This document shows positions 1 to 9,453 of a stretch of DNA of 64,000 bases, one piece after another. Within the stretch, counting starts at the first letter, position 1. The number at the start of each line of letters is the position of its first letter. The notes under the pieces are model-generated. The model did no database searches. It was not told where the DNA came from and worked only from the letters and a program-made list of their open reading frames with translations. Made by a program: the position numbers and the translations under genes. This DNA comes from Bdellovibrionales bacterium. Its GTDB lineage: Bacteria > Bdellovibrionota > Bdellovibrionia > Bdellovibrionales > UBA1609. Location: contig JALZUR010000020.1 in NCBI GenBank assembly GCA_023301025.1, positions 1,532 through 65,531 on the forward strand. The letters run 5' to 3'.

Positions 1-1075
1 GATCACTGGAAAGCTTAAGTATTGGAAATAAAGGCCCTAATCCCTTTTTCTTTTGAGTCTTCTTAATATGGCCTTTTTTATCAAAAAAACTTGATGAGTC
101 ACTAATAGGACCATTAACAGCTAAACCTCCAGTATCATGATCAGCTGTCACAAGGACAAGTGTGTTTTTTAAAAGGTTATTCTTTTTAAGATACACCATA
201 GTCATTTTAACTGTTTGATCAAAGGCAATCATTTCACTTAAAGCAGTTTTATGTTTTCTTAAATGAAGTGCATGATCAATTCTTGCCCCTTCAACCATTA
301 AAAAAAATCCCTCTTTTTTATTAGCGGCACACTTTAAGGCTTTTGCAGTTAGGTTTTTTAGTGAAATCTTTTTTTTAGTTTTTAGATCCATTTGATCATT
401 AAAAGGTAAGTGCTCCTCAGAAAAAACACCTACAATTCGATTCTTCTGACAGAGATTGATATTCTTTGAATTCTCTACGAGCTTAAATTTTTCTTCTAAT
501 TTATTTTTATAAGGATCTACAAATTTCTTACCACCTCCTAAGATAAGATCTACAGGGCTTTTATAAAGATCGAGGGCGATTTCATTATACATATCACGAT
601 GGGGAACATGTGAAAAAAAAGCCGCAGGAGTGGCATGTAGAATATGACTAGTTGTAACTAAGCCAACATATTTATTTTTTTTAGCTGCAATTTCTAAAAT
701 AGTTTCATATTTTTTTATGACTTTTTTATTTATCACTGAAACACTTAAGGCTTTATTTTTAGTTTTATAACCTGTAGCCATGGCTGTTGCAGAAGCTGCA
801 GAATCAGTTACAGGAGAGTCTTCAGAGTAGGTTTTAATCTTTGCTAGGTTTTTAAAACTATCTAAGCTTAACTTTTTATTTTTTCCTAAATGTTCAACTC
901 GCGCAGCAGAGACTACTGAAGGCCCCATGCCATCTCCAATAAACAAAATAACATTTTTTACAGGTTCAACCTTTTGATTGCTTTGAGACTTAGAAAGGCC
1001 TGCACAGCTTAAATGAAAAAACAAAAAGATAGCTACAGAAAAAAAGACAAAACACTGCTGTCTTAAAACTCTCAT
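1..1075 (-). CDS. Alkaline phosphatase family lipoprotein (3' end runs off the window; not in the ORF track)
   Basis: Manual translation from ATG at 1075 (GGAG upstream) gives MRVLRQQCFVFFSVAIFLFFHLSC-AG..KNVILFIGDGMGP..VTDSAASATAMATG..HATPAAF..MVEGARIDHALH..LVLVTADHDTGG, all hallmark alkaline phosphatase motifs. Confidence 0.92.
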   Translation of the reverse strand, partial: MRVLRQQCFVFFSVAIFLFFHLSCAGLSKSQSNQKVEPVKNVILFIGDGMGPSVVSAARVEHLGKNKKLSLDSFKNLAKIKTYSEDSPVTDSAASATAMATGYKTKNKALSVSVINKKVIKKYETILEIAAKKNKYVGLVTTSHILHATPAAFFSHVPHRDMYNEIALDLYKSPVDLILGGGKKFVDPYKNKLEEKFKLVENSKNINLCQKNRIVGVFSEEHLPFNDQMDLKTKKKISLKNLTAKALKCAANKKEGFFLMVEGARIDHALHLRKHKTALSEMIAFDQTVKMTMVYLKKNNLLKNTLVLVTADHDTGGLAVNGPISDSSSFFDKKGHIKKTQKKKGLGPLFPILKLSSD

Positions 1076-1092
1076 AATCTAGACTCCATTTC

Positions 1093-1121
1093 TAAGGTAC
1101 GTTTGATAACGTCGTACCTTA
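1093..1121. promoter_or_regulatory. Inverted repeat (9-bp arms) between the hydrolase and phosphatase genes
   Basis: TAAGGTACG (1093-1101) / CGTACCTTA (1113-1121). No U-tract follows on the minus strand, so the function is unclear. Confidence 0.4.
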
Positions 1122-1162
1122 AAACATTAAGTCTCTCAATGCCTTAAACTATTAATAAAGGC

Positions 1163-2428
1163 TTAAAGCGGAGGCTGAGGAGATGGTTGCGGCTCTTTTA
1201 GTCGCTCAATTAAAAAATCGATAGCTTTATTCGCAGTAACAGGGTTAATCCATGAGGTCGTTATTAAAGTTGAAACATGTCCCCCTGGGATAAATGAGGT
1301 TTCGGGCTTTCCCATCTGCTCATATAGGTCTATTTGAGATACAGTTGGCACAAGTTTATCTTTTGTAGCAAGTATCAAATACGCTCTTTCTTTATCTTCT
1401 GCAGACACTAGATCAAGTGGATCATCCTTAATGTGCTGAGCTAGATAATACTGGTAAGACTCTTTAGAATTAATACCTAAATGATTCATTTGAATAGCTC
1501 TTGTGTCTTTAAAAAGATCAATGTCTGATTCAGCAACTATAAAAGGTATATTTCCACCACCTACAGTTAGAACAGAACCTTTTATTGCTCTGTCGCGACC
1601 AACGATCATGCTTCCAAGAATAGCTCCAAAGCTTGAACCCCAGTAACCTACTCTATTTGGACTAAGCTCAGCAATAGGAAGTTCTGTAACTTTTTCTCCT
1701 AAATTTGTTTTAAGCACACTAAAATTTCTTAAAATTTCCAAGTTTTTAACTAAAATACGCGCATATCTATCTATGTAGTTTTGATAAAGATTAAAATCTA
1801 GAGGGTCTTTAATTTCTGGAGTAGGATCAAAGAGAACTTTTTTCCACAATCCAAACCACCATCTTTCATAACTAGATTCAGGTGTTAAAGATGAAACACC
1901 TTTTTTACAAAGCTTTCTCCACATACCACCTTCAATAAGCATTGTTGTTCCATTTAAACTTGGAGCCAAAACAACACTGCTGCCTAAAGCTTTTTTGTTT
2001 AAACTCTTTGGTGGAATTGTCAAAATAGATGAAGCCCATTTATAATCGCTAACAGTTTCATCCTGATATTTGTGAAACAGCCTAAACTGATAACATCCAC
2101 CAGAAACACCTTTATAATTTAAGAATATATCTTTATCTAAATTCTTACTTATAATTCTTGGATCGTAATCTCTTAAATGTTTTGGAAAAATCTTTTTTTC
2201 TACAAGAGTAATCAGATAGTCTACAAAAGCGTCTTTATCAAAGCTTCTAAGATTTGATGAATCTAAGAACTCAAGATTCATCTTCTCTAAATCTTCAACA
2301 AGGCTTTTGTTCTCTCTTTCTTGATCTTCAATAGATTGTTGCGTGATTTCTGGTAAAGCTACACCGTCATTAGAATATGATGGAGTAACTAGCAAACCTG
2401 TAAACAGTAGTACAAATAGTGTTTTCAT
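1163..2428 (-). CDS. Secreted alpha/beta-hydrolase (esterase/peptidase-like)
   Basis: Signal peptide, nucleophile elbow GYWGSSFG, Asp in KDKLVP, His in GGHVS. Confidence 0.75.
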   Translation of the reverse strand: MKTLFVLLFTGLLVTPSYSNDGVALPEITQQSIEDQERENKSLVEDLEKMNLEFLDSSNLRSFDKDAFVDYLITLVEKKIFPKHLRDYDPRIISKNLDKDIFLNYKGVSGGCYQFRLFHKYQDETVSDYKWASSILTIPPKSLNKKALGSSVVLAPSLNGTTMLIEGGMWRKLCKKGVSSLTPESSYERWWFGLWKKVLFDPTPEIKDPLDFNLYQNYIDRYARILVKNLEILRNFSVLKTNLGEKVTELPIAELSPNRVGYWGSSFGAILGSMIVGRDRAIKGSVLTVGGGNIPFIVAESDIDLFKDTRAIQMNHLGINSKESYQYYLAQHIKDDPLDLVSAEDKERAYLILATKDKLVPTVSQIDLYEQMGKPETSFIPGGHVSTLITTSWINPVTANKAIDFLIERLKEPQPSPQPPL

Positions 2429-2436
2429 AGTTTAAC

Positions 2437-2465
2437 TATTCGGACCTAAAAAGTTAAAACTATTA
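2437..2465 (-). promoter_or_regulatory. sigma28-like promoter candidate
   Basis: ATAGTTTT-N11-TCCGAATA, 8 nt before the ATG at 2428; the -35 match is weak. Confidence 0.4.
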
Positions 2466-2647
2466 CATATTTAAGCACTTACAGTACTTGGTCTAGCCAG
2501 ACTCTTAAAAACTAAGTGATTTCAAGCACTAAAGAACTTAGGTCTGTGTATCAAAAATTAGCATTTTCTTTTAGGTACGAAAAAACTTGAAAACAAAATT
2601 TAATTAAAGGATCGAAAATTGATGGTAGATCTACCAAAAATGTAAAA

Positions 2648-2732
2648 TGGTACCCGCGAGAGGGGTCGAACCTCCAAGCCTTGCGGCACTAGATCCTAAG
2701 TCTAGCGTGTCTGCCAATTCCACCACACGGGC
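2648..2732 (-). tRNA. tRNA-Leu(TAG)
   Basis: GCCCGTGTGGTGGAATTGGCAGACAC..CTAGA-CT-TAG-GA-TCTAG, long variable arm, GGTTCGACCC, encoded CCA. Confidence 0.96.
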
Positions 2733-2853
2733 ACTAAAATGTAAAATAAAGCTAATTGAATTCATTTGCTAAGGCAATAAATATTTAGCCTTTTCTTAAA
2801 CTTTAAACTAAATGCCAAACCAAGCTTTAAAGCGTAGTTGGTTAAAATTTAAA

Positions 2854-3243
2854 CTATGATTTTGCAATCAGTTTTTTATAATCAGAAGGCTTAAGAAGTG
2901 AAGCGAGCTCTTTTTCTGAGTCCATTTCAATTCTAATCAACCAACCGTCATTCCATGGGTCATCGTTTATGATACCAGGATTGTCGATAATTGCAGAATT
3001 CATTTCAATAACAGTGCCTGTTACTGGTGAAAAAAGATCACTTACAGATTTAACACTTTCAATCACACCAAATGTTTCGTTTTGTGTGACCTTTAAACCT
3101 TCATCTTTTAATTCAGCATAAACAATCTCACCTAGGGTGTCTTGCGCGTAGCCTGTAACACCAACTGTTACAATATTTTCGTCGACATAGGCCCACTCAT
3201 GCTCTTTTGTGTAGTATAAATCATCTGGAACTTTATTAGACAC
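2854..3243 (-). CDS. gcvH: Glycine cleavage system H protein
   Basis: YTKEHEW, GEIVYAEL, lipoyl-Lys motif ESVKSVSD, INDDPW. Confidence 0.96.
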   Translation of the reverse strand: MSNKVPDDLYYTKEHEWAYVDENIVTVGVTGYAQDTLGEIVYAELKDEGLKVTQNETFGVIESVKSVSDLFSPVTGTVIEMNSAIIDNPGIINDDPWNDGWLIRIEMDSEKELASLLKPSDYKKLIAKS

Positions 3244-3297
3244 TTTTTCTTACCTCTGGTTTTTCAATTATGTTTTATGATAAACACATCTACTGAA

Positions 3298-4371
3298 TTA
3301 AATATTTTTTACAAAAGGTAGTGAAACAATCTCAGATTGTACAAATTTGTCTCTTACCTTTACCTGAACCTTTTTTTCGCGCTCAACAGACTTTTTGTCA
3401 ATCCAAACCATTGCAATGCCCTGGTCCAAAACTGGAGAAAGTGTTCCGCTGGTAACATGCCCTATAAGTTTGCCCTCTAACGAAAAGATCTCATAGCCTT
3501 TTCTTGGGATGGCTCGCTCTAAAGATTTAAGGCCTTTTAATGCATGAGTAGCCTTATCTTTAAGCTCTAATAAAGCCTCATAACCTAAGTAGCCTTTTTT
3601 AGTTTTGCTAATAGTAAACCCCATACGACGCTCAAAGGGGTTTGAGTCTTCAGAAAGTTCATTTCCGTATAGGTTTAAAGCCGCTTCTAATCTTAAAGAA
3701 TCTCTTGCAGCTAAACCACACGGCTTTGCCCCCTTTTCAATAAATGAGGTCCAAAGGTTTAATGCTTTTTCAACAGGCACAAAAATTTCAACACCTGGCT
3801 CTCCAGTGTAGCCAGTTTGAGCAATGATTAAGTCTTCAGTTTTCATAAACTGAAACGGCTTTAAACTTTTAACACCAGTGTAAAGCTCTTCACAGATGTC
3901 TAATGCTTTTGGACCTTGAAGTGCAATTTGAGCCCAAGACTCACTTTCATCTGTCACTTGTGCATCAAATGAAGAGGTGTTTTCTAAAACATGTTTATAG
4001 GCTTTTTGTAAGTTAGAAGCATTAACACAAACCAAATACTGTGTAGTTTCTTCTATGCAGTAGACAATTAAATCGTCTACGACCCCTCCTCTACTGTTGC
4101 AAAAAAATGAGTACTGGGCATGACCTTTTTTAAGATTATCAATATCTGTGGGTAGAAGGTAGCTTAAAGCTTTCAGAGCTTCAGGCCCTCTAAAGAAAAG
4201 TTCTCCCATGTGACTCACATCAAATAAAGAGGCCTTATCTCTGGTGAAAAGATGCTCTTGCTTTATACCTTCAACATATTGAATGGGCATCTCCCAACCA
4301 GCAAAAGAAGTCATTTTCGCACCATTGTTTTTGTGCCACTCATGTAAGGGTGTCTTTTTTAAATCTGTCAT
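3298..4371 (-). CDS. gcvT: Glycine cleavage system aminomethyltransferase T
   Basis: KKTPLH, FAGWEMP, LFDVSHMG, TGYTGE, GLAARDSLRLEA. Confidence 0.96.
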   Translation of the reverse strand: MTDLKKTPLHEWHKNNGAKMTSFAGWEMPIQYVEGIKQEHLFTRDKASLFDVSHMGELFFRGPEALKALSYLLPTDIDNLKKGHAQYSFFCNSRGGVVDDLIVYCIEETTQYLVCVNASNLQKAYKHVLENTSSFDAQVTDESESWAQIALQGPKALDICEELYTGVKSLKPFQFMKTEDLIIAQTGYTGEPGVEIFVPVEKALNLWTSFIEKGAKPCGLAARDSLRLEAALNLYGNELSEDSNPFERRMGFTISKTKKGYLGYEALLELKDKATHALKGLKSLERAIPRKGYEIFSLEGKLIGHVTSGTLSPVLDQGIAMVWIDKKSVEREKKVQVKVRDKFVQSEIVSLPFVKNI

Positions 4372-4431
4372 AGTTTTAAGTTAACCTCCACAACCAATTT
4401 TTTTTCAAACAGTTCTTCGTTTATCAAGTCT

Positions 4432-5292
4432 TTATTTACAGTCCAGTTTGCTTTCGATCAAAGAAAATAAGTTTTCCAATAGAGTGCTAACCGTCATCGG
4501 CCCCACACCGCCAGGAACAGGAGAATAGCTAAGATTTTTTTCTTCGGAGCCTTCAGGATTAAAATCACCTACTAACTTAGCGTCTTTTCCTCTATGAATG
4601 CCAACATCCACTACAATAGCACCCTCTTTGAGATCAGCTGCACTTACAAATTCTGGCCTACCGGCAGCAGCAACAACCAAATCAAAGCTTTTTAAAGAGT
4701 CTTTTAGGTTTTTAGTTTTTGAATGGCAAACCGTAACCGTTGCGTTTTCACGGGTGAGCATCCAAGCCATGGGCCAACCCACAGTTTCGCTTCGGCCTAT
4801 GACACAGGCTTTTAATCCCTCAAGCTCTATGCTGTGCTCTCTTAAAAGCTCAATGATTCCTTTAGGGGTGCAAGGTTCAGCAAAAGCCTCACCTTTGATC
4901 ATCAACCCCATATTCATTGGACTTAAACCATCAACATCTTTTCTAGGGTCAATGTACATCAAAGGATCAAAGCCTTTTAAAGATTCAGGAAGCGGTAGCT
5001 GAACAAGCAAACCATCAACATTAGAGTCATTGTTTAATTTTAAAATCAAAGATTTTAACTCTTCCTTAGTGGTCTTCGAGTCAAGCTTGTGAAGTTTACT
5101 AGTAACAGCTGTGGCGATGCATAGCTTTTCTTTGTGACCAACATACACCTGACTTGCAGGGTCCTCACCTACTAAGACCACATGTAAAGAGGGGGCTCTA
5201 CCTAACTTTTCAGTTAAGTACTTAACTCTTTTTACGTAATTTAACTTTTTTTTTTGCGATAAAGCTGAACCATCTAAAATCAAAACAACCAC
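4432..5292 (-). CDS. folD: Methylene-THF dehydrogenase/cyclohydrolase
   Basis: GEDPASQVYV, LVQLPLP, KDVDG, PCTP, PVPGGVGPMT. Confidence 0.96.
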   Translation of the reverse strand: MVVLILDGSALSQKKKLNYVKRVKYLTEKLGRAPSLHVVLVGEDPASQVYVGHKEKLCIATAVTSKLHKLDSKTTKEELKSLILKLNNDSNVDGLLVQLPLPESLKGFDPLMYIDPRKDVDGLSPMNMGLMIKGEAFAEPCTPKGIIELLREHSIELEGLKACVIGRSETVGWPMAWMLTRENATVTVCHSKTKNLKDSLKSFDLVVAAAGRPEFVSAADLKEGAIVVDVGIHRGKDAKLVGDFNPEGSEEKNLSYSPVPGGVGPMTVSTLLENLFSLIESKLDCK

Positions 5293-5295
5293 CTT

Positions 5296-6873
5296 TTAAA
5301 ACTTGATATATTTACTTTTGTCCCAATACAAGGGGTTTAAGGGATCACTTGCATTTATTTTCGTTTTTTTTGATAAGAGGTAATACGAACCTTTATTGTA
5401 AAACAGCGGGGCAATAATACTGTCTTTTCTCACTTTTAAAATAATATCTGAGACAATTTTGTTTCGCTTTTCAAGATCAAAAGTGACTTTAAGTTTTTCT
5501 ATCAACGCATCCACATCTTGGTTTTTATAACCAAAAAAATTATAAAAATAGTCAGAGCTAAAGGATGATGCTGAACTGCCTTTATAAAGCGAACTAGTTG
5601 ACAAAAAAGAGTCAAACTTTCCTTCTCTTAAAAGCTTATAAGAGCCAGTCGATCTAACTGTCGTGCCAATACTAACTTGAATACCATTTTTTTTGAGTTC
5701 TTCTTGTATTAAACCCGCTATAAGTTCTTCTTCATAAGTGTCTGCTAAAATTTCAAAACTAAGACGTCTTAACTTGCCATTGAGATTTTTTTCACGAATC
5801 CCATCCTTATCTAGATCTCTCCAGCCTTCTTTTTCTAAAATTTTATTCGCAAGCTCTACATCAAATTTTAAAGGTTCACCTTTTGGATAGTCTGGCAAAT
5901 CTGGATCAAACATATCTAAAGAGCGTTTCAACTTACCTTCAAAGATTTTATTATTAATAAAGTTATAATTTATAAGATGAGAAATGGCTTTTCGCATCTG
6001 ACCTGTAAAAATGTCTTTTCTAATGTTGAAACTTAAAAATACTTGATAAGATCCATCCTTCTCATTTTTAACAAAATTTAACTTATTCTTCTTTATTTTC
6101 AAAAAACTAAGAAAAGAGTTTATAGGAAAGATATCAAGCTCATCTGAATCCACCATCTGAAAAGCCAATGTGATATCTCTGATGAAAACAACTTTAAGCT
6201 CATCTATTTTTAGTTTACTAGCGTCACCCCACCAGTTGTTATTTTTACTAAGTTTTAGACTTTCGTTAGTCTTAAAACTTTTTAGCTTGTAAGGGCCAGT
6301 TCCAATTAGTGTGCTATGCCATTTTGATTTGTTTTTTAGATTGTAAAACTTTTTAGGAAAAGCTCTTAACTTAGTTAAAAAATTTAAACTTGACTCAAAA
6401 GTCATTTTAGAAAAAAAAACTCTTAATTTATACTCACCTATAAGCTCAATCTTACTAACATTCAAATCTTCATATAAAGGCCTCCAAAGATCAGCCTCAT
6501 AACTTTTATTTAAAAAACTTTCATAAGTAAACTTTATGTTTTTATTCGTTAATTTTTCACCGTTATGAAATTTAACGTTTTTTCGAAGTTCAATAAAAAT
6601 TTCTTTTTTGTCTCTATCAATTTTATATTTCAGTCCAAGCACTGGCTTAAGCTCACCATTTTTTGCTTCTTTAAATAGGGGTTCAAATAAAAATCTTACA
6701 GTGTTCCAAGAGCTCATCCCAGTTGTTTTATAGGGGTTTAATGTTTGCACACTATGAAGAAAGCCCAACTTTAAACGAGAGGTATTAGCTTTATTTTTAT
6801 TTTTCGTACAGCCAAAGTTTAGGGTAGAAACCAAAAATATAGAACTAAGCCAAATAACCGTTTTTTTTGTCAA
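5296..6873 (-). CDS. ABC transporter substrate-binding lipoprotein, family 5 (peptide/nickel)
   Basis: Lipobox LNFG-C, LRKNVKFHNGE, IGTGPYKL, GWRDLDKDGIREKN. No permease genes are adjacent. Confidence 0.85.
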   Translation of the reverse strand: MTKKTVIWLSSIFLVSTLNFGCTKNKNKANTSRLKLGFLHSVQTLNPYKTTGMSSWNTVRFLFEPLFKEAKNGELKPVLGLKYKIDRDKKEIFIELRKNVKFHNGEKLTNKNIKFTYESFLNKSYEADLWRPLYEDLNVSKIELIGEYKLRVFFSKMTFESSLNFLTKLRAFPKKFYNLKNKSKWHSTLIGTGPYKLKSFKTNESLKLSKNNNWWGDASKLKIDELKVVFIRDITLAFQMVDSDELDIFPINSFLSFLKIKKNKLNFVKNEKDGSYQVFLSFNIRKDIFTGQMRKAISHLINYNFINNKIFEGKLKRSLDMFDPDLPDYPKGEPLKFDVELANKILEKEGWRDLDKDGIREKNLNGKLRRLSFEILADTYEEELIAGLIQEELKKNGIQVSIGTTVRSTGSYKLLREGKFDSFLSTSSLYKGSSASSFSSDYFYNFFGYKNQDVDALIEKLKVTFDLEKRNKIVSDIILKVRKDSIIAPLFYNKGSYYLLSKKTKINASDPLNPLYWDKSKYIKF

Positions 6874-7003
6874 AAGACCTCCTAATATCCAAAAAAGAAG
6901 TGAAAATGCTTAATCAGCTGACACCAGTCTCTTTTTCTTAAAAGTTTAAAACTCTTGCATTTTAATTTGAGTGAGAATAAACATATATAAGTTCAGGAGT
7001 CAT

Positions 7004-7504
7004 ATGGAAAAGGTTAAAGTTAACAACGACGGTTCAATCGATTTTAAAACAGGGGAATCTATTCCGACCACGGCTAAAAGATTTCGTCAAAGCCCTGAAA
7101 TTGAAGCCTTTTATCGATTTGTCTATGAAAATGACTTAAGAGAAGAAGCTCTCACAATTTTAGATGAAATCAGAGACGAAAGAGAAGATTTAAAGCTCTT
7201 AGAAAAAGAAAAGAAAAAAGAAGCTAAAAAGTTAGCCAAGGCCACAGCAGTAGCTGAAAAAAAGAAAAGTACAACAGAAGCGAAAAAAGCATCTACTAAG
7301 GCTGTAAGTAAAACTCCAGCTAAAAAGACAGCAAAAAAAGCTTCGACTAAGAAGAGTACAGCTAAAAAAGCCACTCCTGCGAAAAAAGTAGCCTCAAAAA
7401 AAGCTGCTAAAAAGGCTACATCTAAAAAGGCTACATCTAAAAAGAAGAGCCCAGCTAAAAAAGCTAAAGCTAAAAAAACAGCATCAAATAAAAAGAAAAA
7501 ATAA
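7004..7504 (+). CDS. Small globular N-domain plus Lys/Ala-rich histone H1-like tail
   Basis: AGGAG precedes the ATG at 7004 (track start 6971). The C-terminal part is K/A/T/S/P repeats (KKTAKKASTKK, TPAKK, SPAKK). Confidence 0.75.
   Translation: MEKVKVNNDGSIDFKTGESIPTTAKRFRQSPEIEAFYRFVYENDLREEALTILDEIRDEREDLKLLEKEKKKEAKKLAKATAVAEKKKSTTEAKKASTKAVSKTPAKKTAKKASTKKSTAKKATPAKKVASKKAAKKATSKKATSKKKSPAKKAKAKKTASNKKKK
7407..7444 (+). repeat. 15-bp tandem repeat (about 2.5 copies) encoding KKATS
   Basis: CTAAAAAGGCTACAT twice, then CTAAAAAG. Confidence 0.85.
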
Positions 7505-7514
7505 ACTCAAACTA

Positions 7515-9092
7515 CTAAAAGTTTGGTTTAAAAGAAGTGTTCCAGTTGCTGGCATCAATATCAAAGCCAGTTGAGTCTACAACAGCTGCCACTGTCCACC
7601 CTCTTAAGTTTTGGTTAAATCGCTCAGCTTTGTTAAACATTCCACTCATGTCAGTAACTCTAGAAACATTCCATGCCCCAATGTCTTGATTAAAATTTGC
7701 AGAAAGTCTAAACATTTCATGCATGTCGGTCACTTGACCCACATTCCATGAACCTATGTCTCTGTTAAAAACTTGATTTTGATAGAACATCCCAGACATA
7801 TCTGTAACACTTGAAGTGTTCCAACTGCTAATGTCACCATTAAAGGCTATTGCTGAATGAAACATGTCTTTCATATTTGTAACAGAACTTACATCCCATC
7901 TGTTTAAGTCAATATTTAAAAAATCAACACTAAAAAACATTGAACTCATATCTGTAACTTTCGATACATTCCACGACCCAATATCTTGTGCAAAGGCATT
8001 AGCAGTATTAAACATTGAACTCATGTTAGTAACGTTTGATACGTTCCATGGGCTTATATTTTGATTGAATCTATAAGAACGCTCAAACATTGAACTCATG
8101 CTAGTAACACTGTTGACTCTCCAACCACTAATATCTTGATTGAAACTTTGTGCATCATAAAACATTCGATCCATACTTCTTACACTGCTCACATCCCAAC
8201 TGCTGATATCTAAATCAAACATCGGTGTGTTTTCAAAAGTAGATCTCATATCAGTTACACTTGTTGTGATCCAGTTGCTAAGATCTCCAACACTAAAAGA
8301 CACGGCACCATCAAAAGTTCTTACCATACTAGTAACTCCAATTGTGCTGCCCCCACTTACAGAAATTAAATTAATACAGTTTTTAAATGCACCATCTAGA
8401 TTTACAAGTCCTACATTTCCTAAGTCTAGAACTGAAATAAGTTTAGTGGCATCATCTCGCACATCTTCATAAGACCAAGCCTCTACAACACCAGCAATAA
8501 CAACTCTGAATGCTCCAACTTTATCACCATAGTCATGGAAGCGATCTACATCATCACTAGAATTTACAGTTGATGAAGTTCCATCTCCCCAATCCACAGA
8601 AAAATTATAATTGAACCCAGTTTTTAAAGGGAGTGTTAAATCATTCTCACCCTCTTCTAATAAAAAATCCATAACCATTAAATCATTTGCATACTCATAA
8701 CTTACAAAAGAACTTGAACATTCAGAACGGTCTTTGCCTTCAATCTCTCTTGTAGAGAAAAATGTATGTGTTCCAAGTGTAAGATTCGAAACTGGTATAT
8801 CTACATAATCAATTTCTGCAATTGCACGACCAACTTCAAATTGACACTCGCTATCTGAATAGATTTTAACTATATTATCAGAACCAACACCACCGACACG
8901 AACAACAATTGAATCTACAATATTGGGAGTCATAGCTGGGGCTGCTAATGTCATAAAGTTTGGAGCAGAGAATCTTCCGTTTCTATCTACAGAATTGATT
9001 GTCGAAAACTCAACATCTGAACCAGAAGAACAAGCCACCACAAAAAGACTAAGAAAACTGATAAGAATAAATATTATTTTTTTACTGTTCAT
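7515..9092 (-). CDS. Surface lipoprotein with Ig/PKD-like region and BspA/DUF285-type 25-aa repeats
   Basis: Likely start MNSKKIIF..FVVA-C at 9092 (track start 9203). VDWGDG PKD-like motif, then about 10 repeats of FNQDIxxWNVSxVTDMxxMF. Confidence 0.85.
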   Translation of the reverse strand: MNSKKIIFILISFLSLFVVACSSGSDVEFSTINSVDRNGRFSAPNFMTLAAPAMTPNIVDSIVVRVGGVGSDNIVKIYSDSECQFEVGRAIAEIDYVDIPVSNLTLGTHTFFSTREIEGKDRSECSSSFVSYEYANDLMVMDFLLEEGENDLTLPLKTGFNYNFSVDWGDGTSSTVNSSDDVDRFHDYGDKVGAFRVVIAGVVEAWSYEDVRDDATKLISVLDLGNVGLVNLDGAFKNCINLISVSGGSTIGVTSMVRTFDGAVSFSVGDLSNWITTSVTDMRSTFENTPMFDLDISSWDVSSVRSMDRMFYDAQSFNQDISGWRVNSVTSMSSMFERSYRFNQNISPWNVSNVTNMSSMFNTANAFAQDIGSWNVSKVTDMSSMFFSVDFLNIDLNRWDVSSVTNMKDMFHSAIAFNGDISSWNTSSVTDMSGMFYQNQVFNRDIGSWNVGQVTDMHEMFRLSANFNQDIGAWNVSRVTDMSGMFNKAERFNQNLRGWTVAAVVDSTGFDIDASNWNTSFKPNF

Positions 9093-9099
9093 ACATATC

Positions 9100-9127
9100 A
9101 AATCGACAGTCAAGACTTTGGTCTTGA
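9100..9127 (-). promoter_or_regulatory. sigma28-like promoter candidate with overlapping inverted repeat
   Basis: TCAAG-N15-GTCGATTT, 7 nt before the ATG at 9092. Inverted repeat TCAAGAC-N4-GTCTTGA at 9110-9127. Confidence 0.45.
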
Positions 9128-9404
9128 GATAAAAAGAGCAATAGTGTCTCACTCTGATTCTATTTTCGTGAATTTGTACAAATTTTTTAGAAAGTGTTGC
9201 CAAATCTTAGCGATAGATTGAAGTCTTACTCATTTTGAAACAAAAAGTCTTAATAGTATTTAATCTTTCTTTTTCTGATAAAAGCTCAATCAAATACCCA
9301 TTAAACTGTATGTTAGTTGAATAAATGTAAAAAATTTACACGTATAAAGATGAAACAAAAGCTCTGTAGCCCTTATTTGAAAGGCCTTGTTTTTAGTTAT
9401 ATAT

Positions 9405-9421
9405 AAGGCACTCTTTTTGCT
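9405..9421 (+). promoter_or_regulatory. sigma54 (-24/-12) promoter candidate
   Basis: AGGCAC-TCTTT-TTGCT with exact GG-N10-GC spacing, upstream of AGGAG and the protease start. Confidence 0.6.
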
Positions 9422-9453
9422 AGTAGATATGTATAACAGGAGCTTATTTGTTT

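Noticed and set aside
7590-8300. 75-bp periodic repeats as a possible CRISPR array
   Set aside because: Degenerate in-frame coding repeats of the BspA/DUF285 protein, with no identical repeat plus unique spacer structure and no cas genes.
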